A stretch of DNA of 64,000 bases from Deltaproteobacteria bacterium. Lineage in GTDB: Bacteria > Myxococcota_A > Polyangia > Fen-1088. The stretch lies in the NCBI GenBank assembly GCA_033763315.1, contig JANRKS010000016.1:96001-160000 (forward strand), given 5' to 3'. This document shows, one piece after another, positions 46,801 to 55,611 of the stretch. Numbering within the stretch: position 1 is the stretch's first letter; every line of letters starts with the position of its first letter. Below the pieces are notes generated by a model. That model was not told the origin of the DNA and made no database searches. It worked only from the letters and a program-made list of their open reading frames with translations. The position numbers and the translations under genes were made by a program.

Positions 46801-48441
46801 CGTTTGAGCCTCCACGCTGCTGTCGCCGTAAAGCTCCTGAGCGGCGTGATAGAAGGCCACAGACGCTTGCTCAAAGGTGGCACTGGGCGTGAGGTACGAA
46901 GTCAATGCCTTGAACCAAATCGCGGCCGCGGTGTCAGCGCCGATGCCCACAACCGATCCACCCAGGTGATGCGTGCCACCCACAGCCGTTAGATAGAAGG
47001 CATGGTTCGCAATCCCCGAATTGATGTGCACGCCGCCGTTGTCAAAAGATCCCGTATACCGTTCAGAATAATGATCGGGATCATCGTCGGCTGTAAAGCC
47101 ATCGTCGGTTGCCAAGTGCGTGTTCGCGAAATATCTGAGCGCATCGTTGTTGCCGTTGCCAGGCGTGTAACATTCTTCGCCCAACAGCCACGTGGCCGCG
47201 CTTTCGCCTTTAACGGAACGTTCGACCATCGCGCCGAACACATCCGACATTGATTCATTCAAGGCGCCGCTTTCGCCTGAATAGATGAGGCCTGCGGTGT
47301 GTTCCGTCACTCCGTGGGTCATCTCATGCCCAACGATGTCAAGGCTGACAAGCGGCGTGAACGTGCTTCCATCGCCATCGCCGTAAGTCATCTGTGTGCC
47401 ATCCCAAAAGGCGTTGTTGTAGCCACTGCTATAGTGGACGCCTGACGTCATAAGCGGCGTCACACCATCGGCACTGGTCATCGGCGCAGGGCCGCCGTTG
47501 TCGTCGATGCCGTTGCGGCCGTGCACGTCTTTGTAGTACCGCAAGGTCGAGACAGCGCCATACTGAGCGTCGACGCCCGCCCTCTGCACGGCGCTTTCCC
47601 ACACGTCATCCGAGTCCGTGAAACGCGCTTTGCTAGAGGTGCCGTTGTTGTAATTGAAGGTTCCGGCTTTCGTGGCCACGTCTTCAAGAAAGAAGCTTGA
47701 ACCGCCAGGCGCCGCATAGGTGTTCAAGGTCACATTGCCGCTGTAGAGCGAGTTACCGGTGCCGGTTTGCAAATTGTTATAGGACCACACCACGCGGCCT
47801 GCGTTTGCGTCGACAAAAACCACGGGCAAGGCGGTGTTGGCCGAGCCATCAAGGACCTTCAGCTCAATCTTCCACGTAAGATAATCGCGACCCTCATGTC
47901 GCAGGACAAACAGTTCAGCCTTAGGCGCGGCCGTCACGCAGCGAGGGCAAGGCAACGATTCCCGCGCAATGGCAACGGCGTCATCTGCCGTGAGCGAAGG
48001 CTGCGTATCCACATGAATGTCTCTCGCGGCGCCATCCGAGAGCCCCACCACTTCGCCCGACACACTTTCCATGTGAACGATGGTTTCGGCGCCGAACACC
48101 GGCACGCCGCGATGAAATTGCTTCATGCGCACATGCGTGCGTCGCTTGCCCTTATGCGTGGCACCCGGAACAAAATCCTGCGGCCGCGGCAAATTCAGCC
48201 GCGCCCCGGCCGTTTTCAGGTAGTGCGCCGCAATCAACTGCGGCGAACGCCCGCCCAAAGGGGTCGCGCTCTTGGATGGCGCAGGCTCCTCTACCCTTTG
48301 ATCTGCGCATCCGTATAGCCCAACCGAAGCTATAAGCGCCACACTCAGCAAACCACGACCCGAAACACCACGCTGACTTAATCCACGCATAACACCAAAC
48401 CTCCGTGTAATTGACGAAGTGTTTTCGGCAACCAACCACAA
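43876..48441 (-). CDS. M4 (thermolysin-like) metalloprotease with Ig-like/PKD and duplicated C-terminal domains
   Basis: FTP/PepSY propeptide, NNAFWDG, HEMTH, GALNESMSD, GGVHINSGI; three ATDNV.V Ig-like repeats. Confidence 0.93.
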   Translation of the reverse strand: MWLVAENTSSITRRFGVMRGLSQRGVSGRGLLSVALIASVGLYGCADQRVEEPAPSKSATPLGGRSPQLIAAHYLKTAGARLNLPRPQDFVPGATHKGKRRTHVRMKQFHRGVPVFGAETIVHMESVSGEVVGLSDGAARDIHVDTQPSLTADDAVAIARESLPCPRCVTAAPKAELFVLRHEGRDYLTWKIELKVLDGSANTALPVVFVDANAGRVVWSYNNLQTGTGNSLYSGNVTLNTYAAPGGSSFFLEDVATKAGTFNYNNGTSSKARFTDSDDVWESAVQRAGVDAQYGAVSTLRYYKDVHGRNGIDDNGGPAPMTSADGVTPLMTSGVHYSSGYNNAFWDGTQMTYGDGDGSTFTPLVSLDIVGHEMTHGVTEHTAGLIYSGESGALNESMSDVFGAMVERSVKGESAATWLLGEECYTPGNGNNDALRYFANTHLATDDGFTADDDPDHYSERYTGSFDNGGVHINSGIANHAFYLTAVGGTHHLGGSVVGIGADTAAAIWFKALTSYLTPSATFEQASVAFYHAAQELYGDSSVEAQTVLKAWSLVGVTADTEAPSVAITAPAAGATLSEMATVTVQASDNVAVKQVDLLVDGAVKASSTAAPFSLSWLTGTSGNGPHVLTVKAYDAKNNVGTSAAVNVVVNNELVPPVVQITAPVDGATVAGNTQVAITATDNVSVEEVKFTVDGVVAKTLVAAPYVFDWNTAPVANGSHTLTASARDKAGNVGTSAAITVTVNNPGVAVYDATFKAPRCATVGSFCDTNALVVGRGANVGPELNQPNTLSSSCADGTSGSFHSDESLDRVRIETASGKPFAPGEVVNVTATVWVFSASSNFMDVFYATDASAPTWVLAGTVSPSGSGLRTMTVPVILGAGATQAIRTQFRYLGAATACAAGGYNDRDDLVFQVQSGDTQAPVTTLLSPSNGASVTGVVNIEATATDNVGVTQMQILIDDAVVATITTPPFTHSWDTIGVPAGSHTIVARAKDAANNQGDAQASVTVTKPPAAKSALLVVGAEPLDSHDNALRSRLETQLGFAVTVKQGAASAASDANGKQLVFISESVSSGSVGTKFTSVAVPVVTTEPALFDDLGLVAGAWDVVMGATASQTAVQIVDASSPLAAGLTGTPSVASAATTVVWGVPNGNAKVVARVVGSATRAAIFAYEAGVPMAAGTAPARRVAFFANSTTPGLLNTAGWSLFDAAINWALGTASPPPANAAPTVNAGTDHNTTAGTTLTLVGQATDDGLPNPPGTLALQWTMVSGPQSPQWPQNDSTLATTHVRFDVPGSYVLRLTANDGALLAFDDVQVVVASPPVPGTALVVVGAVPLSAGDAALVQRLQTQHALTVVTKTADASVTADATGKALVLISETVASGAVNTKFTAVTVPVINLEPALQDDLGMTSTTWDTSMGSAASQTAVTIALPTHPLAGGLSGQPSVVTSGANFLWGQPSASAQIVATLVGAPTRATVYGYTAGAAMVSGTAPARRVGLFPTGGVPSQLNTNGWALFDAAVGWVK

Positions 48442-48561
48442 AATGTTGCGGATTGTTTGCGCCCAACTGGTAGATGAGGGCGCGGCAAAGCCCGCGTCGC
48501 AGATAAATCACTGTCGGCCCACCTGAGCGCCTGGGTCGAAGAGTGGAGACTCTTGCCCTGC

Positions 48562-51500
48562 CTACGTGTTGTTCCAGCGCGCCAGGGGCAACGTGAGCCG
48601 CACCTGTGTGCCCACGGGGCCTGCGGGCGTGACGCTGAGGGCGGCGCCGATGCGGGTCGCTCGTTCACGCATGCCCACCAGCCCGAAGTGCCCTGCCGAT
48701 GCCAAAGCGGCGAGGTCGGCGGTGAACCCTCGACCATCGTCGCAGACCACAAGTTCCACGACACCTTCGGCCACTGTCAGTTCCACTCGGATCTCGTTGG
48801 CGTTTGCATGTTTGAGGGCATTCCAAACCGCTTCGCTTGCAATTTGCGAAACCTCGTACTCGACATGCGCCGAGCGCGGAAGTGGATCGCCCCATTGACT
48901 AAAAACGATCTTGGCTTTGCGTTCCGCCTTCGCGCGCAGGTTTGCAAACGTTTGCTCAAGCAGGGCCGTGAACGGCAAGCGTTCGATGACATCTTCGCGC
49001 AAGTTCCAAATGGCGTGTCGAAGGTTCGTCTTGGCTTGTGACACCGTCGCGCGCGCTTCGTCTAATGTGTGCAGTGCGGCCGAGGCATCCTGCGTTACGA
49101 GACGTCGTGCTGATTCGACTTGCAGAGCCACCGCTGTGAAACTTTGCCCCAGCAGATCGTGAAGTTCGCGCGCCACGCGCGCTCTGTCTGCCGCGATCAA
49201 CGAGAACCGCTTTCTTGTGCGCGTCAGCCGCAGACCGAGGATCGCTGCCGTCAAGGCCACCAACGAGAGGGCCAAAGCCACCAGCACGCCCGTGCGTTGC
49301 TGCCAAGGCCGCGCCACGCGAACTTTTAGCGACGCTTGATCTGCAAGCCATCCTCCCACCCCATCCGACGCACGAATCACGATGGTGTGTTCACCTTCCA
49401 TCAAATCGGCGATCTGCAGCGGCGCTTGCGGAACCATCACATTCACCCAGGGCGACTGGTCGCGCCGGTAAACCACGTGGACGCGTGAGGCAGAGACAAG
49501 ACTGGGCACTTGTAAAAGGATCTGCAGCTGGCTCGGAACCGTTGCCGCCGAAAGCACCGCAGTTGCCGGTTGCAACTTGCCATTGAGGGTTGCCGACAAC
49601 ACGCGCGGCCCGCGTGCAATGGCCGACTTCGGCAAGGGCGTCACCGCGCGCACAAGCGCGGCCCCCGAGGACGTGGCCGCCAATAGGCCACCATCCGCCG
49701 TTAAAGCCGCACTGGGAGTTCCTTCGTTGATTCCAGACGCACTGCGAAGATCGTCGAGCTCAGAAAAGCCCACCGCAGCCACGACTGGAAATGCCCCATG
49801 GGCTGCATCGATGACGGATTGTTTGCGCATCCACTGCAGTCCGTGACCGCACGTGGTCCAAAGACCTCCATGATGATCGTCAACGAGAGTGAGCAAAGAA
49901 TCGCAATAGAGGCCGCGATCGGAATTCACATTGAAGAATGGTCCCTCCTTCTCGCGCACGAACAACCCTTGATCGTTCGTGGCACCAACCCACATTCGTG
50001 TGTCATCCATGACGACGGCGCGAATGCCTTTGGTTGGCAAACCGTGGCCTCTCAAACATGTCACCTGGCCACCCGCACCGAGGCGCCCGATCCCCGTTTC
50101 CATCGCCAAGACCACCCTGCCATCCGCTGCCTCATGCCCGCTCCAAACCGCTCCTTCGCAAAGTCCATTCGATCCATTGACGACGCTTTGCACACGAAAG
50201 TCACCCGCAGCGTCTCCCTTACCGACCGGGGCTATGTGTGTCACGCGGCCGTCGCTCGTTCCCACAAGCAGGGAGTGGTCACGCAAGCGGAGCAACATCC
50301 GCACGTTCGCGGGCAGCGGTTCATTGACATTCACCTTCGCAACGGATTGCTCTGAGACATGAAAAAGAGCACCTGCGGTTGTGGCCACAAAGACGCTCTG
50401 GTCAGACGCCGCCGCAATCGCCACAGCTTGATCCTTTCTGTCTGTGAGCGGCAGTGAATGACAATCGTTGGTTTGATTTTGACGTCGACAAACACGGGCG
50501 CCGCCTGCAAACCAAAGTGCACCATCGTTGGTTGCATAAACGGCAACGCTAAGTGCGGGCAAGCCCTCGGGCTTTCCCAGATTTTCAACCAAAGGTGTGC
50601 GTACACGAGCGATCCCTCCCACCCGGGTCCCCACCCATATAGCACCCGCCTCGTCCTGCAAAAGGCTGAGCACGTGTTCGTTGGGCAAGCCTTGGGCGAC
50701 ACCATAGGTGGCCACGCGCGCACCTTGTGGATCGAAGACATAAACGCCATTTGAAGTGCCAAGCCAGAGATGTTTGTCGCGGGTTGCCAGCATGGCTCCG
50801 AGCTCGGGCCGGTCCTCGGTTTGTTGAAGATAGGCCTCACGAACTTCGCCGCTCGGTCGCACGATGTGCAGGGCACGCGTGGATGCTGCCCAAACGCCGC
50901 CATCGCTATGGGCCGCCATCCAGCGAACGTGCGGAACAGCGGCGATTCTTTCAAACTGCGTTGGTCCTTGTCGCCACACCGCTGCCGTCGTAGCCACCCA
51001 TAGGCGGCCATCTGCATTCGTCAAGGCGGTCACCGCTTCACCCTTCGGTAGCCCCTCTGCAATCCAACGCATCGCTTGGGTCTTCGTATTCAAGTGCAGC
51101 AAGCCCTGCGCGGTCGCAACGAATAAGGCGTCTCCGGCGGCAGCAAGCAGTGAGAACACCCGCACCGAGGGCGGCAGCTCGGGCGTTATGTGTTGCCATT
51201 GATCTTGTTGCTTTGGCATCCGCCACACCCCGGCGCCGTAGCGAGTTCCCAGCTGCTGCACAGGCGCTTCCTTCGTGTCGGGAGACGGATCCCAATAGCC
51301 TGGGCTCGCAAATAGCTCTCCTTGCCCGTTGCCTACAAGCAAGTGTATCCACGCCGCGCCGAACGCAGAATGAAGCGATAGATTCTGTGTTGACTTGCCA
51401 TCGAACCTCGCAAGTTCGAAAACGCCCCCGACATAGAGGAAGCCGTCACCCGGGCTGGCCAGCGACGCGCCCACGATGGGTGGACGAAAGACGTCGATCT

Positions 51501-51576
51501 TGGGCGTCGGATAGGCAATAGCCCTTGAGGGAAGGCACAGCCAAGCCACAGCCACAAGCCATGTGCCTAAACGCAT
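48562..51576 (-). CDS. Sensor histidine kinase (beta-propeller sensor, HisKA_3)
   Basis: LWLGT/IWVGT repeats, TM helix, RVARELHD, EAVWNALKHA, DDGRGF, GHFGLVGMRER. Confidence 0.92.
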   Translation of the reverse strand: MRLGTWLVAVAWLCLPSRAIAYPTPKIDVFRPPIVGASLASPGDGFLYVGGVFELARFDGKSTQNLSLHSAFGAAWIHLLVGNGQGELFASPGYWDPSPDTKEAPVQQLGTRYGAGVWRMPKQQDQWQHITPELPPSVRVFSLLAAAGDALFVATAQGLLHLNTKTQAMRWIAEGLPKGEAVTALTNADGRLWVATTAAVWRQGPTQFERIAAVPHVRWMAAHSDGGVWAASTRALHIVRPSGEVREAYLQQTEDRPELGAMLATRDKHLWLGTSNGVYVFDPQGARVATYGVAQGLPNEHVLSLLQDEAGAIWVGTRVGGIARVRTPLVENLGKPEGLPALSVAVYATNDGALWFAGGARVCRRQNQTNDCHSLPLTDRKDQAVAIAAASDQSVFVATTAGALFHVSEQSVAKVNVNEPLPANVRMLLRLRDHSLLVGTSDGRVTHIAPVGKGDAAGDFRVQSVVNGSNGLCEGAVWSGHEAADGRVVLAMETGIGRLGAGGQVTCLRGHGLPTKGIRAVVMDDTRMWVGATNDQGLFVREKEGPFFNVNSDRGLYCDSLLTLVDDHHGGLWTTCGHGLQWMRKQSVIDAAHGAFPVVAAVGFSELDDLRSASGINEGTPSAALTADGGLLAATSSGAALVRAVTPLPKSAIARGPRVLSATLNGKLQPATAVLSAATVPSQLQILLQVPSLVSASRVHVVYRRDQSPWVNVMVPQAPLQIADLMEGEHTIVIRASDGVGGWLADQASLKVRVARPWQQRTGVLVALALSLVALTAAILGLRLTRTRKRFSLIAADRARVARELHDLLGQSFTAVALQVESARRLVTQDASAALHTLDEARATVSQAKTNLRHAIWNLREDVIERLPFTALLEQTFANLRAKAERKAKIVFSQWGDPLPRSAHVEYEVSQIASEAVWNALKHANANEIRVELTVAEGVVELVVCDDGRGFTADLAALASAGHFGLVGMRERATRIGAALSVTPAGPVGTQVRLTLPLARWNNT

Positions 51577-51579
51577 GGG

Positions 51580-52200
51580 CTAAATAAGGTGTCTCTTCAA
51601 AGCCGTCGAGGCGGCTTCAGCGCGGTTTTTCACGCCTAATTTGAAAAGAATGCTGGCGACGTGTGTTGCCACCGTGCGTTCCGAAACGCGCATCAGCGAT
51701 GCAATGCTGCGGTTCGAGTGCCCGTCGGCCAACGCCCGAAGCACCTGTGTCTCTCGCAAAGTCAGGGACTCTCCCATGACGTGCTCCGCAAGTTTAGCGC
51801 CCACGGATGTGGGTAGGAACTTTCGACCTTGGGCAGCGGCTGCAATGGCCTCTAGAATCTGATCACCGGCTGCATCTTTTGTGACGTAGCCTAAAGCACC
51901 TGCGCGAAGCGCGCGCAGGATGTCGTCGCTTCCCTCAAGCTGGGTTAAGGCCACGCAGCGTCCCGGGGGCGATTCAAGAACGAGGGCCTGGATCACCTGA
52001 ACGCCATCGACGCGAGGCATGTTCAGATCAAGCAACACGACGTCGGGGCGCGCTTCCTTGTAAAGGCTCAGCGCCTCCACGCCGTCGCGCGCCTCTGCAC
52101 AAACTTCGATGCCCGAAGCGGTCTTGAGCAGGCTAACAATTCCGAGGCGCGCCAATAGGTTGTCGTCCACAACCAGAACTCGGATCACCGCGTCCGTCAT
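51580..52200 (-). CDS. NarL/LuxR-family response regulator
   Basis: VLVVDD, PDVVLLDLNMP, GY..K, LT.RE..VL..G.SN..IA. Confidence 0.95.
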   Translation of the reverse strand: MTDAVIRVLVVDDNLLARLGIVSLLKTASGIEVCAEARDGVEALSLYKEARPDVVLLDLNMPRVDGVQVIQALVLESPPGRCVALTQLEGSDDILRALRAGALGYVTKDAAGDQILEAIAAAAQGRKFLPTSVGAKLAEHVMGESLTLRETQVLRALADGHSNRSIASLMRVSERTVATHVASILFKLGVKNRAEAASTALKRHLI

Positions 52201-52295
52201 GACGACGCCCTATATGAAGCGGCAATGAACCCCATCGACCAAAGATTGTGAGGCCTTTTGCCGCTTTAGGCTAGGGCCCGCGCGTGTGAGACAGA

Positions 52296-53693
52296 CTAAG
52301 CCTTCAAACCCGGCATGGGCCCTTTGCATACCGATGCCTTGCCAAAGGTTGTGATGGGGATACCCATGGCGTTTGCTATCGAGACAAACAGATCGTTGTG
52401 AGCGATGGTCTTTCCTGGGCGGATGTAGCGCCCTGTCTTGAAATATCCGCCTGCACTGCCAGCCAATAACCACGGCAACCGGTCAAGCCCATGGTTGCCC
52501 GTGGCAATCTCGCCAGCCCACAGCACCACCGTGTGGTCTAAAACAGATTTGCCATCCGCTTCTGGAATTTCATCCAGCGCTTTGAGCAACTTGGCGAACG
52601 CGCGCGCGTAAACCAAGTGGTATTGGCGGTTCATTTCCATCGCTTCGGGATTGAGAAATAGCCCACCCGAGCGCTCGTCAGTGCCGTGAGCAAGCTCGTG
52701 AAGGTCGGGAGCGCCAAACTTGCCCGGCGTCCACCCCACCCCACTGAGCACAGATTCGGGAAGCTCGTCGAAGTTGAGCGTGGCCACGCGGGTCAGATCA
52801 CAGGCCAACGCCGCGGCCGTGAGGCGGGCCCAGACCTCGAAGTTGGCCTCTGTCTTGTCGCCAGCGGCTGTGAGAATCTCAGAGCCGGGCCGGGCACAGG
52901 CGGCACCCGTCGCGGGAAGCAGCAACGACTTCTCAAGATCGCGAAGCGCCTGCGCGTGGGCATCGAGCTTGGTTTTGTCGGCGGCGGAAAGGCTGGATTT
53001 GATCGCGTTAAATTCGTCGGGAAGTCCCGCCAAGACGCTACGCCTGAACTTCAACGCAGTCTGTTCCGGGCCATCACCACTTGCGGACGGAGCACTGCCA
53101 AAAAGTCGTGTGTATGCCGTTTTGGCTTGGCATTCGCCCGTATAAGTTTGCCCGGGGCCCACAGAATTGATGTCGTGGTACTTGGTCTCACAACTGCCAC
53201 CGAAAAAATCCAATGACTTGTACTTGGTGACGGGACCGTTCTTGTTCAGCTCCTGTGCGATGAACTGATCGATAGAAATGCCCCCCGGTTTTGCGCCGCT
53301 TGCGCGGTTGACCGGTGCAAGCGAGTGGGTTTGGCCGGCATAATGCGAGTTGGCAGGGGGCGTGGGATCGTCGACGGTCGACAACATATTCAAGTTGTCG
53401 AGAATCAGCAGATCGTTTTTCCACTGCGCGAACGGCTGCATGATCGAGGCAAGCTCGAAATCATTCTCGGTTCCGATGCCACCCGCGGCATTCCTGGGGA
53501 ACCACGAGCGCGGTTGCGTGCCGTGGTAGGTGTAATACACCACAAAGCGCGTGGGGATGCCCTGCGCTTGCGCCTGCTTCTCGCGCAAGTGAAACGGCAA
53601 CAGGCCGCCCAAGGCCCCGAGGCCGCGCAGCAAAGTTCTTCGGTTTGGGTTTAGCCCTGTGGCGATAGACGGAAATGAGGAAAAGCGTTTCAT
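52296..53693 (-). CDS. DUF1552-family Tat-exported protein (pair 3)
   Basis: NRRTLLRG, SIDQ.IA, KLDAH..ALRDLEK, ACDLTRVAT, LHELAH, VLDHT. Confidence 0.9.
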   Translation of the reverse strand: MKRFSSFPSIATGLNPNRRTLLRGLGALGGLLPFHLREKQAQAQGIPTRFVVYYTYHGTQPRSWFPRNAAGGIGTENDFELASIMQPFAQWKNDLLILDNLNMLSTVDDPTPPANSHYAGQTHSLAPVNRASGAKPGGISIDQFIAQELNKNGPVTKYKSLDFFGGSCETKYHDINSVGPGQTYTGECQAKTAYTRLFGSAPSASGDGPEQTALKFRRSVLAGLPDEFNAIKSSLSAADKTKLDAHAQALRDLEKSLLLPATGAACARPGSEILTAAGDKTEANFEVWARLTAAALACDLTRVATLNFDELPESVLSGVGWTPGKFGAPDLHELAHGTDERSGGLFLNPEAMEMNRQYHLVYARAFAKLLKALDEIPEADGKSVLDHTVVLWAGEIATGNHGLDRLPWLLAGSAGGYFKTGRYIRPGKTIAHNDLFVSIANAMGIPITTFGKASVCKGPMPGLKA

Positions 53694-53715
53694 TGTGTCT
53701 CCGTAACGGCAAGAG

Positions 53716-55431
53716 CTAGGGGGCGGTGCCGCGGTAGCGGAAGGCGTCGCTTTTCACAAGCGCCACAATCATCGACTTCATGTCGCCTTCGGATTGCATG
53801 AGGCTTTGGGTCAGTTGATCGCGAGCACATTCGTCCGCATCAGTTTCGGCGCGGTTGAGCGAGAACCGGAAGAAGTTGGTGGCCAAGCACGCGGCGAAAG
53901 CCTCGCTTTGCGCCACGCGAGACGACAACTCGACGGCGCCTTCAAAGCGACCGTCGAGGTCGGCGCTGACGTCGACCAATTCGCCCCCCGCGTCGACGAG
54001 CAAATCGTTTTCACGATCACGGTAGCGGCCAAGGGAATCATAGTGGCTGAACCCAAAGCCGATGCCGTCAATGTAACGGTGGCAGCTCGCGCACTCGGGG
54101 CGCCCGTGGCTTACTTCAAAGAGCTGCCGCGTGGTACGCGGTGCCTCGCCAGGCTTGGGCTCAGGCAAAGTGGTGTCGATGCCCACGGGTGGCGGGATGG
54201 GCGAACACAGCAAGTTCTCACGAACATAGATGCCTCGCAGCACGGGCGAATCGATTTGTGGCTTCGCCAACGCCGCCAAGAGAGCGGCCTGGGTCAGCAA
54301 GCCCGAACGTTGCGCCTTGTCGAGCTCAACCTCGCGAAGGTTGGCCCCCGTGATCCCAGACAAGCCATACAGAGGTGCAAGATTGCCATTCACGAACGCT
54401 CGTCTGTCGGTGAGCAACCGCCGCATGTTGCCCGTTTTAGGGTTGAGCACGGCCTCCACATACGCCTCAAGTGACGCGCGCAAATCGGCCTTGAGCTGGT
54501 CGTTGAAGTTGGGAAACAATTTTGTGTCCTTGGACGTCTTTTCAAGACGTGAAAATCCCAACCATTGTTGCGTGAAGCTGGCCATCGCTTTGCTGCTGCG
54601 GGGACTTTGCAGCAAACGCTCCACTTGCGCCTCCAACGTATCCGTATCCTGCAGTTTGCCGTCGTCAGCTAACGCCGTAAGTTCGGCGTCGGGCAAGCTC
54701 TCCCACAGCAACAGGGAAAGCCGTGCCGCCATCTCTTTGGAGTTCAGCTTACGCAGATCTTCGTGGCCCTCTACCGCTTCGCCCACTTCAACCCGGTAGA
54801 GGAACTGCGGAGATTGAAGAACCCGCGACAGAGTCGCACGCAGCGCCGTCGTTGCGTCGGCGCCCTGTTGGGAGGTGGCAAAGAATGTCTTGAGCCGCGA
54901 TAGCTCTGCACTCTCAGGTTTGCGGCGGAAGGCTCGCGCCGCCAAAGCTTCCACGAGCGCGGGCCCACAAGTGGAGGGGGCCGCCGTGAGGCTGCAATTG
55001 ACGCCAAGTGCGGTTGTGAGCTGGCCGGGCGACTTCAGAACGGCATCGGCGATGTTGTTCGCTGCCTTCTCGTAAGCCTCGATGAACTGCGGTGTTGGTG
55101 CCTGCGTGTTGGCGTCATTGTCTAAGCCGTGAAACACCGGTTCCGAAGGTAAGGCCACCTCAGGAAGACTGAGGCCTGGGAAGAGATCTTTGACGGCGTT
55201 GCGGTACTGGCGGTTGGTTAACCGAACAATGGGCGCCCAACCGCCCCCCTGGATGCCGTTACATGCCGAAGGACGATTGCCTTCGCCACCTTCCCCTCCC
55301 TCGCCTCCGCTGCCACCTTTGCCATCATCGACAGAGCCATCGTTTGACCCCGCCGAACCGGAACAGCCTGCCGCTGTGCCAATGCCCAATAGAGCTACGA
55401 GCGCCAATCCGAACTGCTTGGTCTTCGACAT
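53716..55431 (-). CDS. DUF1592-family lipoprotein (pair 3)
   Basis: AAGC lipobox, RLTNRQYRN, LQSPQFLYR, RSGLLT, SPVLRG, CASCH. Confidence 0.9.
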   Translation of the reverse strand: MSKTKQFGLALVALLGIGTAAGCSGSAGSNDGSVDDGKGGSGGEGGEGGEGNRPSACNGIQGGGWAPIVRLTNRQYRNAVKDLFPGLSLPEVALPSEPVFHGLDNDANTQAPTPQFIEAYEKAANNIADAVLKSPGQLTTALGVNCSLTAAPSTCGPALVEALAARAFRRKPESAELSRLKTFFATSQQGADATTALRATLSRVLQSPQFLYRVEVGEAVEGHEDLRKLNSKEMAARLSLLLWESLPDAELTALADDGKLQDTDTLEAQVERLLQSPRSSKAMASFTQQWLGFSRLEKTSKDTKLFPNFNDQLKADLRASLEAYVEAVLNPKTGNMRRLLTDRRAFVNGNLAPLYGLSGITGANLREVELDKAQRSGLLTQAALLAALAKPQIDSPVLRGIYVRENLLCSPIPPPVGIDTTLPEPKPGEAPRTTRQLFEVSHGRPECASCHRYIDGIGFGFSHYDSLGRYRDRENDLLVDAGGELVDVSADLDGRFEGAVELSSRVAQSEAFAACLATNFFRFSLNRAETDADECARDQLTQSLMQSEGDMKSMIVALVKSDAFRYRGTAP

Positions 55432-55611
55432 GCGTAAGTTCTCCTAACGGCCGCACGAGTTGCACGGGCGGCAGCAGTCGTAGGCTACGAGAACGCACTA
55501 CAGGGGCCCATGGCCTGTCAACGCTTCATGAGCTGCGTGAACTGCTTAGCGCAACACGACTTTCGCACCTCGCCCAGCATTTCATGCAGTGGATCGAGAG
55601 CGAAAGGCTGA

